Of a DNA stretch of 64,000 bases, positions 10,596 to 25,466 are shown piece by piece (position 1 is the stretch's first letter; each line of letters opens with the position of its first letter). This DNA comes from Eledone cirrhosa. Its lineage: Eukaryota. Location of the stretch: positions 120,466,001-120,530,000 of the forward strand of contig OZ024740.1 of the NCBI GenBank assembly GCA_964016885.1. The letters are read 5' to 3'. Both the position numbers and the translations under genes were made by a program. The notes below the pieces were generated by a model that worked only from the letters and a program-made list of their open reading frames with translations, made no database searches and was not told the DNA's origin.

Positions 10596-13350
10596 TCATC
10601 ATCATCATCATCATCATCAACGTTTAACGTCCGTGTTCCACGCTTGCATGGGTTTGGATGGGGGTTTTCCCACTTGAGGCAAGAGTGATTGTCTTGCTCG
10701 CATAGGACTGTCTGGCGGGTTTTCTACAGCTGGATGCCCTTGCTAACAACAACCACATTTACAGTGTGGGGCTGGGAAGTTTTTACCGTGTTGCCTACAC
10801 GGCCACATTACAGCGTGGACTGTGTGTTTTTTGTCGTGACACCTACACGATCTCATTTGTTTCGGCCTGGATGTTGTGGCACCAACATAACTTTACATTG
10901 AAAGGGGCGGTGTGGACAGGGTGGGGGTGGTGGGACGGGGGTGTATTTTGTTAGAGATGCCTACTGACTGTAGTAGGTTTTACTTTGTATTTAGGTAAGG
11001 CGGGTCTTCTCTATTACTGAGTACCGCCAAAGGTCTCGGTCCAGTGACATTGTCTTGGAGAGGTGTAAGTGTGTGAGGCCAGAATTTATCAGGTCGTCCC
11101 AGGTTTTTCTGGGTCTGCCTATTCCGTGGCTACCGTCTATCTTTATTGCCCTGCACTTTGTTATACAGCTGTTGTCTTTCATGCGCATCACGTGACCATA
11201 CCAACGTAGCCTTCTCTTGAGTAAACAACATCTGATCCCTCTTATTTCTAATTTTTTCCTTAGTTCGTTTATGCTTTGCCGTTCACGTATATTACTATTA
11301 CACATCCAGCGGAGCATGCAAGCTTCGTTCCTCTCTAGTCTGCGTATATCCTCTGCACACAATGCCCAGGTCTCACTGCCATGCAACATTGCTGTTCGTA
11401 TGCAGGCATCATACAACCTGCCTTTCATTTTTAGGGAGAACCCTTTAGCGGCTAATAGTGGTATAAGCTCTGTGAACTTTTTCCATCCAGTTCTGACTCT
11501 AGCTACTGTACTTTCAGAGCACCCTCCCCCACTGCTGATTTTGTCACCCAGGTAATGGAAGCTGTCCACTATTTCTATAGAACCCTCTGCGCAGTTGAAA
11601 GAGCTAGTATTTTGTGGGCACTTGCTGCTACTTATTGCACCAGAGCACCGGCCACATGTAAAATCTATGTTCTTAGTTAGCTTACCTGTGATCCCACTAC
11701 ATCTTTTATGCACCCATACTTTGCATTTGGGACACTAAATGGAGTTTCTACCTAGGCCTTTCCTACACACTGAGCATGGCCACTTCCCGGAAGGGACCGC
11801 CGCCTTATTTTCTTTCTTACAAACTAGAACTTTAGTCTTAGCCAGGTTAATTTTAAGGCCTTTTGATTCTAGGCCTTGCTTCCATGTTTGGAATTTCTTC
11901 TCTAGCTCGGCCATTGATTCAGCTATGAGTGTTAGGTCATCTGTGTATAGGAGTTCCCATGGGCAACCGGTCTTGAACTCCTCTGTTATAGCCTGAAGGG
12001 CAATAATAAATAGTAGGGGGCTGAGAACAGAGCCCTGATGGACGCCAACTTTTACGCTAAACTCTTCACTATATTCGTTGTTAATTCTAACCTTGCTGAC
12101 TGTTTCTTTATACATGGCTTGTATAGCTCTCACAAGCCATTCGTCAACACCTAGTTTTCTAAGAGCCCACCAGATAATGGAACGGGGGACTCTGCCGAAG
12201 GCTTTCTCCAAGTCGACAAAAGCTAAGTATAGGGGTTTACTTTTAGCTAGGTACTTCTCCTGTAGTTGTCGTACAATGAAAAGAGCGTCTGTGGTACTTT
12301 TGCCTGACACAAACCCGAACTGCATTTCATCTAGATCAATTCTCTCTCTGATTAGTTGCGCTATAACTTTTTCCGTGACCTTCATGACCTGGTCGCTTAA
12401 TTTAATGCCTTTATAGTTACTCCTATCTAGGGCATCTCCTTTACCCTTATAACAGTTAACGATGATGCTGCTACGCCAGTCCTTCGGAACAACCCCATTC
12501 TGTACGAATTGCTTAACTATCCGGGTGACCATGGTGTGTCCCACCGTACCAGATGCCTTCAGCATCTCGGCAACTATTTCCGAAGGCCCAGCCGCCTTAC
12601 CCGTCTTCATATCCTTGATTGCCTTACTTATTATACTCCCCTCGACTAACACTGCTGGTCCCTCTATTGGGTCGATGTGGGGGAGACTGTCTTTCTCCCA
12701 TTTATTCCCCTCATTTAGTAGCCTTTCATGGTGACACTTCCAAGCTACCTTCTTATCAGCGTCGGTGATGGCAAGTACGCCGTCATCAGTAAGTACACAC
12801 TTCTCCCCGACAATATCACGGTTTTCCTTGACACATTGCCTAGCAATCCTGAACACCTCACGTTTTTGGTCCTCGCGTTGTAGAACATGCTTGAACTTTC
12901 TTTCCTCTGCTTCCCTTCTTGCGAAGTACACTTGTCTCCTAGCTTCCCTCCTGGCCACTTGATAGTCTTCTCTGCTTCCCCCATCCCGCCATACTTTCCA
13001 AGCCTGCTTTTTGGCCTTAATTGACCCCTCCACCTTACTGTTCAACCACCATGTTACTCTCCTCCTGCCTACAAGCCAGCTCCAGCCACAGACTTCGTCT
13101 GCCGCCATCAGCAGGTTTGCTTTCAGGAATTCCCACTGCTCCTCTATATTGTACGACTCTAATTGCTCTTCCTTACTGTCGAAAGCATCAAGTAGTATAC
13201 TTTTGAATTTATTTCTGACTGTGGGGTCCTTTAGCTTTCATATTTTTCTCCTGAGGATAGTCCTCTTCTGTTGTCTAGGACGTCTCGTCCTGACTATTAG
13301 GTCGCTAATTATCAGTCTATGTTGGGAGGTGCATTCTTCATAGGGGAGGG
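10596..13350 (-). mobile_element. 5'-truncated RTE LINE, subfamily A (2.75 kb)
   Basis: RT motifs MQFGF, AFVDLEKAF, GVHQGSVLSPLLF, YTDD (for YADD); in-frame TAG at 11735-37 separates two same-frame ORFs; (CAT)n tail. Confidence 0.95.
10991..13108 (-). pseudogene. RTE ORF2 reverse transcriptase region, disrupted
   Basis: ORFs 11735-13108 and 10991-11713 in the same frame, split by one nonsense codon; no endonuclease domain retained. Confidence 0.9.
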
Positions 13351-13369
13351 ATTTAGTGTTTACAACAGA

Positions 13370-15725
<2,356 letters not shown>

Positions 15726-16177
15726 ATATGTGTGTCTTTGTGTTTATGTAATTATGAATCTTCCTTATTGGTCCATACAATAGTGTGCAGGCATTGTGTG
15801 TGTTATGTTGATTCAGTAAATATACAATAGCTAGGATTTGTACATATATTGAAATTATAAGCATAAAGATATGGAGATAAGGAAAACCTAGCAAGGAAGC
15901 CATGAGCAAATCAGCTGGAATTCAAATCCCACCTGGTTTGCTTTGCATTCTCTTTACTTATTTTCCTAGATTTTATGGATACCTATATTGCACAGAAATA
16001 TATGCACACACACAAACATATATATATATATATATATATATGTTTGTGTGTGTGCATGCATATATATACGTACATATATATGTGTTTATATATATATATA
16101 TACACGCACACAAATATTAGTGTGTGTTTGTGTGTCTATAAATATAATTATGATGTAGGCATATATATATATATATA

Positions 16178-16755
16178 TTATCCATTTATTTTGGGATTTG
16201 AAACCGCGTGTTAAGGTTACATATAGTAAGTACAGCGAACTTTTTAAAATTTATTTAAAAATGTTTCTCTATTTGCTAGACCTTGATTTTATATGTTCTA
16301 GCTTGTTAGAACCATATTGGCATACGGTTGGATAATACTTGTATCCCTATATGTATTTTTTACACGTAGGAACACATACCTTATTATTATTAATCTCCCC
16401 TAATGTTGAGATAACATTTGGTCGTTTGAACTGTTGCTATTTCTAGTGGCAGGACATTGACCTGTCCGCCCTTGCCTTCTGTCTTTACACACGGAACTAG
16501 ACAAAATTGGTTCTTTCCTCATTCACTCTCATCCGGGAACAGTTTTGTATGGCGCCAGTTTGTGATTTGAACTCAGGAATTTTATATGCTCCGAGCGAGA
16601 AGAACCTTCTGACGAGAATCCCCTTCTAAATGTTGGTCCACTTGGATTATCCATTTATTTTGTGATTTGAAACCACGCGGTAAGGGTACATATAGTAAGT
16701 ACAGCAAAATTTTTAAAATATATTTTAAAACTTTTTCTCTGTTTGCTAAACCTTG

Positions 16756-16758
<3 letters not shown>
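16178..16758 (+). mobile_element. Retrozyme-like partial tandem (470-nt monomer plus ~110-nt terminal direct repeat)
   Basis: 16178-16288 repeated (diverged) at 16647-16758; repeat contains the GAAA-stem III-UH half of a hammerhead; (TA)n on both sides; no credible ORF. Confidence 0.8.
16604..16687 (+). ncRNA. Type I hammerhead ribozyme motif
   Basis: ACCTT CTGACGA(16609-15) GAATC...GATTT GAAA(16669-72) CCACGCGG TA^AGGGT; upstream half-copy GAAA(16200-03) CCGCGTG TT^AAGGTT pairs perfectly with AACCTT. Confidence 0.8.
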
Positions 16759-16827
<69 letters not shown>

Positions 16828-17061
16828 AAAATTGTAAATACACATATAAATGTTCACTTATATATTAATTGAAAATATACATATGCAGAAAGAAACACAT
16901 ACAAACAAGAAATGTGTGAAAATGAAATGGTATTCATATCCATACCATTTGAAATGCCAGAGTACTTTCGTGATTCAGATTAGGATGCTTTAATGGGAAA
17001 TATTTCTATCACAAACTTGTACATATAATGATTAGAAACATTCCTATACATTTCCTTTCAG

Positions 17062-17097
17062 CTCAAATTTATCTCACAAAAACTAGATATTGTTTTG
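17062..17097 (+). other. Candidate 36-nt micro-exon (LKFISQKLDIVL)
   Basis: ttcctatacatttcctttcag acceptor and gtaagt donor, open in phase 0; no other support. Confidence 0.25.
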
Positions 17098-18012
17098 GTA
17101 AGTATTTAGACTAACTATAGATTAGAGTGATGATGATGATCATCATTATCTTTTCATGACTGCTTTTTATGCTGACATGCATTCGTTGAGTCATCACTGT
17201 CCAAGATTATAGGGATCAGAGAACTCTTTTCTTCTATGTTCCATATTTATTAATATCTTTATTTATAATCATGATGATGCTGAGTGTGTTTGTCTAAGGC
17301 ATTTGAAGCTTTCATGCTGACGTACCCTTGACAAACTACTTGAAAATATTGTCTAGAAAAATCGTTCTAACAACCATCTAATACTTATTCTCCCACTCTC
17401 CCTCTTTCACTCACACACATGAAATAGACCTACATCGGTTTTGACATAGAGTGTTACATCATTTTAATCAGTGAATGAACCTGCTTGTGAAACAGGTAAA
17501 TCGCTGAGCATTCCTCAAACAAGTGTAACATGAACTTAATTATTAGGGTGATTTAGAGTTGCATATTGAGTGACAAGGCTGGTTCTTTGAATTACAAGTA
17601 CATATACTCTGATTGGCTTCGAAGGAGTTTCAGCCTACCACATTTCACTCACAACACTTGAAACAACATTTTCCCAATATACCATTCAGCTGAATCAAAT
17701 CTAGTATCTAATGATTGTTGGGTGAATTGTGAACCATTCAGCCATGTTAATTGTCAGGAATATCCACAACAGTATTTGTGAATGTATGAGAGAGAGACAA
17801 ATAGCAAGAGAAAGTGGTGTGTGTTTGTTTTTATATGAATATTTGTATATTAGCAGCAACTTTTGTTTTAGGCATTTAAATATCAAATATTAATTACACA
17901 ACTTATGCTGAAAGTTTACTTGGCATAACCATTTTTCACATTAATACAAACAATGACATAATACAGAGAATTCATTACAAACAAAAAATTCAAAAATATT
18001 ATTAGTAATAAC

Positions 18013-21000
18013 TAGGTGGAGAGGAGAGTCTGCTAGAGTCCTTGTAGGAAAAAGTCAGTGCTACAAATTTTTCAGGGTGGGAAATGACGATGGGTTGGGT
18101 GGTGTAGGTATACTACTAGCTGACAAGTGGGTAGATAAAGTAATCTCAGTGTACAGGGTAAATGCAAGAATCATTAAACTCAGACTAGTCCTGAATAAAA
18201 CAATTACCACAATAATATCAGCTTACGCACCCCAATGGGGGTTGACAGACGAAATTAAGGATCGATTTTACGAGTCCCTAATGCACACTACTGCTCTAAC
18301 AAACGACAATGACTTCCTAATCATCGCAGGAGATTTTAACGGACACGTAGGTAAACACTGTGACGGCTTCAATAGAGTCCAGGGAGGCCACAGGGTTGGC
18401 ACAAGAAATGAAGAGGATTCAGACTTCTAGAATTCTGCAACCCCAATGACATGTCGATATGTAACACAATCTTCAAAAAACCCGACAACCACTTGATCAC
18501 CTATAGATCAGGGGAGCATTCTAGTAAGATAGATTTTATCCTCACCAGAGGACGTGACAGATGGACGGTCGTGAACACAAAAGCCTACCCTAGTGAGGAA
18601 TGTACCTCCCAACATAGCTTAGTTGTCAGCGACCTCAAAGTCAGAACTAGACGAACCTGGAAACAGAGGCCAACCTGGAGAAGAGAGATCTGGAAGATGA
18701 AAGACCCCTCAGCCAGTAACAGATTTAAAGATAATTTACTCAACGCCTACGACAGTAAAGAAGAACAGATAGAGACATTCAATGTAGAAGAGAACTGGGA
18801 GTTCCTAAAAAATAACTTACTAGAGGCGACGGATGAGGTCTGTGGCTGGAGTAAGACCACAAGCAGGAGGAGAGTGACTTGGTGGTGGAACAATAAGGTA
18901 GATGAGGCAGTTAAGGCCAAGAGACAGGCATGGAAAGAATGGAAGAACGGGGGAGCAGGGTACTTTACATAGAGACCAAGAGGGAAGCTAGGCGACAAGT
19001 ATACTTAGCTAGGAGGGAAGCAGAGGATAGAAAATTCAAGCATGTTTTGCAACGTGAGGACCAGAAACAGGAGGTGTTCAAGATTGTGAGGCAGTGTGTC
19101 AGAGAGAATTGTGATGTCATTGGAGAGAAGTTATCCGGAATGATAAAGGTGAGCTTGCCCTCACAAGTGCTGAGAAGAAAGACGCATGGAAGAGCCATTA
19201 TGATAGATTACTAAATGAGGAGAATGCATGGGAAGAAGAGACCCTACCCCAAATAGACCCTATAGAGGGGCCAGCAATACAAGTCAGCAGCAGCGTAGTA
19301 AGTAAGGCAATCAAATATATGAAGATGGGGAAGGCAACCGGTCCATCGGGTATAGCTGCCAAGATGCTAAAGGCATCTGGGTATGTAGGTCACACTATAA
19401 CCTCACGTATTGTTAACCAGGTAATACTAGAAGGTGTCATACCAAAAGATTGGTGCAGTAGCATCATTGTCAACTGCTACAAAGGTAAAGGTGATGCACT
19501 AGATAGAGGAAACTATAGAGGTATAAAGCTGATGGACCATGTCATGAAAGTAACAGAAAGAGTTATAGCACAGTTGATTAGGGACCGGGTGAAAATAGAT
19601 GAGATGCAATTTGGGTTTGTACCAGGAAGAGGCACCACTGATGCCCTCTTCCTTGTGAGGCAGTTACAGGAAAAGTACCTAGCTAAAAGTAAGCCACTCT
19701 ACCTGGCATTCGTTGATCTCGAGAAAGCCTTTGACAGAGTTCCACATGCTGTAATCTGGTGGGCTCTTAGAAAACTAAGAGTAGATGAATGGCTTGTGAA
19801 GCCATGTATAGGGGAGCAGTCAGCAAAGTTAGGATTAGCAATGAGTTTAGCGTAAAGGTTGGTGTCCACCAGGGCTCTGTTCTTCACCCTCTCCTGTTCA
19901 TATAAGTCCTGCAGGCAACAACAGAGGAGTTTAAGACCGGATGCCCATGGGAACTCCTGTATGCTGATGACCTCGCACTTACAGCTGAATCTATGGTAGA
20001 ACTAGAAAAGAAATTCCAAACTTGGAAGCAGGGACTAGAAAGAAAGGGTCTCAAAGTCAACATGACAAAGACTAAGGTCCTTGTAAGTAGACGAGAAAAC
20101 AGAACCCAGATCCCCTCAGGAAAATGGCCTTGCTCAGTATGTAGGAAAGGTGTAGGTAAGAACTCCATTCTCTGCCCCAAATGCAAACAATGGGTACACA
20201 AGAGATGTAGCGGGATCTCAGGAAGCTTAATTAAGAATGTAGGCTTCACATGCAGCAGTTGTGCTGGGACAGCAAGCAGCAAACAGCCACAGGAAACAAG
20301 TACCACCAATCTCTGGGAAGGCTCTGTAGAAACAGTAGACAGCTTCTGCTACCTAGGTGACCAAATTAGCAGCGGAGGTCGGTGTTCAGAAAGTACAATA
20401 ACTAGGGTAAGAACGGGATGGAAGAAGTTCAGGGAGCTACTGCCACTGCTAGCTGCAAAAGGCTTCTTCCTCAAAATGAAAGGCAGACTGTATGATGCGT
20501 GTATCCGAACAGCAATGTTACATGGTAGTGAGACCTGGGCGCTGAAGGTGGAAGACTTACGTAGATTAGAAAGAAACGAAGCATGCATGCTCCGATGGAT
20601 GTGTAATAGTAATATACACGAACGACAAAGCATAAATGAATTGAGAGAGAGACTGAGCATAAGAGGAATCAAATGCTGTGTGCAGGAGAGGCGGTTACAT
20701 TGGTATGGACATGTGATGTGTATGAAGGATGACAGTTGCATAAAAAGGTGCAGAGCACTAGAAGTCAATGGAAACCACGGAGTGGGGAGACCCAAGAATA
20801 CCTGGGATGAGGTGATAAAAGCCGACCTTACCCAATTACACCTCTCAGAGGCGATGACACACGACCTTGACCTCTGGCATCACGCAGTAATACAGAGTAC
20901 CTGACCTCCCATGAGTACAAGCTGAAGCATATAGACAATATGCCCCCACACCCTCCCACTGCAAGGTGGTCATGGAGGTGTCACGGCAAAAAAGCACCCA

Positions 21001-21228
21001 GCCCACACTGTAAAGTGGACATGTAGGCGCCACGGAAAAAGCAGCCAGCACTCACTGTAAATGGGGTTGGTGTTAGGAAGGGCATCCAGCTGTAGAAATC
21101 AAGCCAAAATCAGTTCCTGTATGAGCAAGGCATGATCAGCCGACCAGACACTGCCCACAACAGGACAACCCATCTAACCCATGCTAGCATGGAAGAACGG
21201 ACGTAAAACGATGATGATGATGATGATG
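18013..21228 (+). mobile_element. RTE LINE subfamily B, 3.2 kb, 5'-truncated, defective
   Basis: APE endonuclease motifs (GVGILL, SAYAPQ, AGDFNGHVG, IDFIL), RT (AFVDLEKAFDRV, YADD), frameshifts and stops, 3'UTR and (GAT)n tail. Confidence 0.95.
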
Positions 21229-21879
21229 AATAAACTGCCAGCTAAGAAATATCAATAATAAATACATGTAAACATTACAAAGTCATTGTCAGTGTTAGGA
21301 ATCTAGAAGCTACTTTACATATATAGATTATGCTGAATAAATGTGCTCTTAAATAATAGCAAGCATTTTAAAGCTATTTTTCCTTGTCAGCCTTTATCCA
21401 AGTTTCCCCATTTTCTTCTATCATTTGTACCCCCCTTACCAAAGGAGAGAAAAACAGTAATATTACCCCTTCTAAAATTTCTCCCATTAGTCCTGCAAAG
21501 GATATTATATATGAACCAGTCAATTTTATATATGTCTACTATTAACATAATGTTTTGATTTTTTTGTGTGTGAATTATATTCCCACATCACAATATTCAC
21601 ATATCAAATCTTCAATCATAAAAGAAAGTATTAGTAGACTTCAATTAGGTATACTAATCTTTAAACTTAATCTATTAATAATCTTTATACAGCTCATATA
21701 ACTGAATAGGAATTAATACAGAAGTGATGGAATTATTTTCAAAAATTGCATTTATTCATCTCCTTAATACATATAGATATATTTGGTATCTATGAACTAC
21801 ACAATATTAAGTCGTGATTTTAAAGAAAAAATAAAAAGCATTGAGACAAAAATACAATATATATGGGAATACATGTTTC

Positions 21880-21996
21880 ATCATCAATTCATTTTACGTC
21901 CGCTTTTTCCCTGCTTGCAAGTGTGGGACGGGAACTGATTTTTGGCTTGATTTCTACAGCTGGATGCCCTTCCTAACACCACCTCATTTACAGTGA
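21880..21996 (-). mobile_element. SINE/RTE 3' tail fragment
   Basis: Reverse complement of 9700-9820 tail (ggcttgatttctacagctggatgcccttcctaacacc). Confidence 0.85.
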
Positions 21997-22649
21997 GGAT
22001 ATTCTCAGGACACCTTGTATTTCATTGGAACCAATATTGAGTAAGAAAGCTTACCCAAAAGTTTAAAGCTATGTCTTTGTTTTCTCATATCATTTAGAGA
22101 AGATGTTCTTCCTAAATCAACAATACATTTGCAGTAATATGTGCAATTTCACTATGTAACCATACAACTACTTACATATTATTATACTACAAGCAATACA
22201 AATTTTCAAACTCTTAATTTATTGGAGACTACTCAGTTCTGTACCTTAAGCATTCAGCTTAAGCAGTGATTTTCATTTTTCTTTTGATTCAATTACATTA
22301 TATACTCAACGTCATAATATCTTTAAAAAGAATTGATTTAAAATATATATGAAGTCAATAAATACATTAATACATCTTAGAATTTAGATTATTGGTAATG
22401 CAGTCAGGTACCAGCTCTCTTGAGACAGCATGTTACTAAGAGAAAATGTGTCAAAGGAATATCAGCTTGCTATCTATACAGGATCAATAGAATAACTTCT
22501 GATACTACATAAGATTAAGACGATTTCACATGAAAGCAAGTTATCTCCTATAGACCATAGACTATATTGTTATAAAATATTAATTTTATTTTGAGAAACA
22601 AATGATAGTCACAGTGGATACTTCCACTACTACTTCTTCACTCACTTAT

Positions 22650-23125
22650 TCCTGAGAGGATTGTGGGAGCTGAGTTCTCAAACACTCCATCCAGTGGGAC
22701 TTGTCAGAAGCACCCATCTCCAACTGATCTGGCAGGATCCCCAAGCATGACCAGCCAAGCTCGTGGACGTTATCCAACCATCTTGGTCAGGGTCTACCCA
22801 TGGGTGTCCTGCCAGTTGGTTTTGCTCATAAAATCTATTCAGTGATTCTTTCCTGAGACATTCTAACCACATTCCCATAGTATCAGAGCTTTCATCTCTC
22901 AATTCGGATATGCTGCAGCTCTAGCTGGAGTGACACTAATCTGCAAGCTATCAAGTAACGTTACTCCAAAGACCCTTTGAAGGAAGCCCATTTTGGTCGT
23001 TTGTATTCATGATTGCACTCCTTAAGTCAATATCCAAAATTCATGATGACCATAGGTAAGGATTGGCACGAATATTGAGTTGAAGCTAGCGAGTTTTGCT
23101 TTTATGCCTATCTCCCTTTTTCAGA
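22650..23125 (-). mobile_element. Old RTE (Expander/REX3-like) LINE 3' remnant
   Basis: Minus translation AKLASFNSIFVPILTYGH and a downstream GRP..RW-like segment typical of RTE ORF2 C-terminus. Confidence 0.65.
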
Positions 23126-23984
23126 TTACTGATAATTCAGTAAAATTAAAATAAACTAAAGACAAATGTAATTACTTATCTATTGAGAAGTCACTCACTA
23201 AGGTGTTCCATTAGGTTAATGGTGTGATCACATTAACAATATAATCAGTAAAACACTATCAATAGAGTGCCAAAGAATAATTAGAGACCACAAAAGATAA
23301 AAGATAAGAAACATTATGTGAATTGTAATAGGTGAATTTTTCAGTGAAGTGTTGAGTTTGTTTGAAAAGGAGGATAATATATTTAGTAAATAGCACAGTA
23401 AACGTAGAATGGATTGTATTAAGAATACATATCATTGAATAAAAAAAGAAAGGGCTCTTATCTACAGATGGAGTCATAGGGGTATTTGAAATCTAGTTGT
23501 GGCCATCACTTTACAGATCTGAATACATCTGTTTTCTTCAAGAGAGTGGGAGAGAGTGAGGATAAGAGACATCGATGAAGAAGCAACATCATCACCGAAG
23601 TAGTACTTGAAATGATGAAAGATAAAGGTGACTTGGGTGGAATGTGAACTTAGAGTGTATTGAATAGGAATAAACAAAATGCATTTAGTCCAATAATGAT
23701 TACCAATGTTCTGCCTTAAAAATTAACATAATATTTTGGAAAGTTTGAAATGATTCAACATAAACATATCACCACCTATTTGACTCTATAAAAATCATAA
23801 GCAATGTGAAATAATGTGTGATGGGAAGTCAGAAAAAGAAGAATGTGAAATTATAACATAAATTATATTTTTCAATACTCTATTATATGATATGAATGTT
23901 AAAGCACAGGAGTGTTATTTAACAGATTATCTTCTTTAAAGAGTAAATTAATAAAGAAAAGGACTTTGAAATTTGCATAATAAT

Positions 23985-24181
23985 TTAACCCTTTTGATAC
24001 CAACCTGCATGGTTCTACAAAACATTTCTTTTTAAGTAATGAAAACCTTGCATCATAATTTTATGTAAATACTTTATTAAGTTATTATCTAAGTAATGAA
24101 ATAATTTTAGTGAGCCCTCATAAACTTTTCACTAATTAAAATAGAGTGCATTTCAAAAGAAATACGGTCGTGGAGGGTTAA
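23985..24181. mobile_element. Short TTAA-flanked non-autonomous DNA element (piggyBac-like MITE)
   Basis: TTAA|CCCT...AGGG|TTAA termini; related end gatatcaaaagggttaa at ~7903-7919. Confidence 0.5.
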
Positions 24182-24294
24182 ATGATTGCTGAATCATTAC
24201 TCATGTACACATGCAAACATGCCGATACAAGCACATGCAAAAATGTATATGTAATTTGTGCATGTGGTGTGTGTATACGCCAGACAGACAACTT

Positions 24295-24742
24295 AATAAA
24301 AAGCTGACCTTGCACAATTGCACCTCTCAAAGGCGATGACATGGGATCGGTATCTCTGGTATTATGCAGTAATACAAAAGGCCTGCCTTCCCATGAGTAC
24401 ATGCTGAAGCATACATATAGTATCCACCACCCTCCCCTACACCCATGGACACAAGCTGAAGCATACACCCTCCCACCAAAACCCCAGCCCACTCGGTAAA
24501 GTGGTCATGTAGGCATCACAACAAAAAGCACCCAGCCCACACTGTTAAGGGGTTGTGTAGGTGTCATAATAAAATGCACCCAATACTCACTGTAAATGTT
24601 GTTGGCATTAGAAAGAACATCCAGCTGTAGAAACCAAGCTCAAATCGGTTCTGTATGAGCAAGATATGGTCATCTGACCTCGACTTGCCTCAAATAGGAC
24701 AATCCATCTAACACATGTTAGTGTGGAAAATAGTCATTAAAT
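24295..24742 (+). mobile_element. Older RTE 3' end/3'UTR remnant
   Basis: aaagctgaccttgcacaattgcacctctcaaaggcgatgaca homologous to RTE-B ORF end, followed by a diverged 3'UTR. Confidence 0.8.
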
Positions 24743-25059
24743 TATCCCAGTTTCTATGGTTTGAAACAACAGAGAACAAATTCCCATGGACAGGATGCTA
24801 GTCGTTTGCAGGGTTAAATTTCCATCTAGTACCTATTTTCAGGTCAGTACACAGGAGCAATGTGAAATGAAGTGTTTTGCTCAGGAACACAACACACAAC
24901 CCAGTCCAAGAATCATACTTATAAGTTCAACACCTCTATCACTCGGCTATTATTATTTCACTAGAGCTTTTGTAAATTAGATCTGATTCAGATTAAACTA
25001 ATTATCACTCATGCTATATGTGTCTGTGTGTAGAAAGAGAGCAGGTGAGAAGCAGGAGA

Positions 25060-25350
25060 GGCATGTGGTTTAGGGATTAGGGTGTTTGGTTCATGATTGT
25101 AAAGTAATGAGTTCAATTCTCAGTGTCATGCTGCATCTTTGAGCAAGATGCCCTATTTGCCCCAGTTTGCTGAGCTGGAAAAAATTGAGTTATACTTCTC
25201 ATTCAAAGAGCTATCTTTTCTACACATGGTATTGTGCAGAATCTCCCTGAGAGCTTATTTAAAGGTAGATGGGTCTGCAGAATGGTCAGTGACTTGCACA
25301 TTCCAAATTCTTCTGCAACAACTACAAAATACAATTGTTAACATGGAATA
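25060..25350 (+). mobile_element. Degenerate tRNA-derived SINE
   Basis: Decayed A/B boxes (tggtttagggattagggtg...gagttcaattc) and ctttgagcaag body. Confidence 0.6.
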
Positions 25351-25466
25351 ATGTTATTCAGGCTTAGCTTGTTGAACCCTAACCCGCTGCTATATTTGCA
25401 GTTCTCAACACTGGACATCCACACAAATATCCCTAAATAAAAGCAATGTTTATCAAATAAACTATA

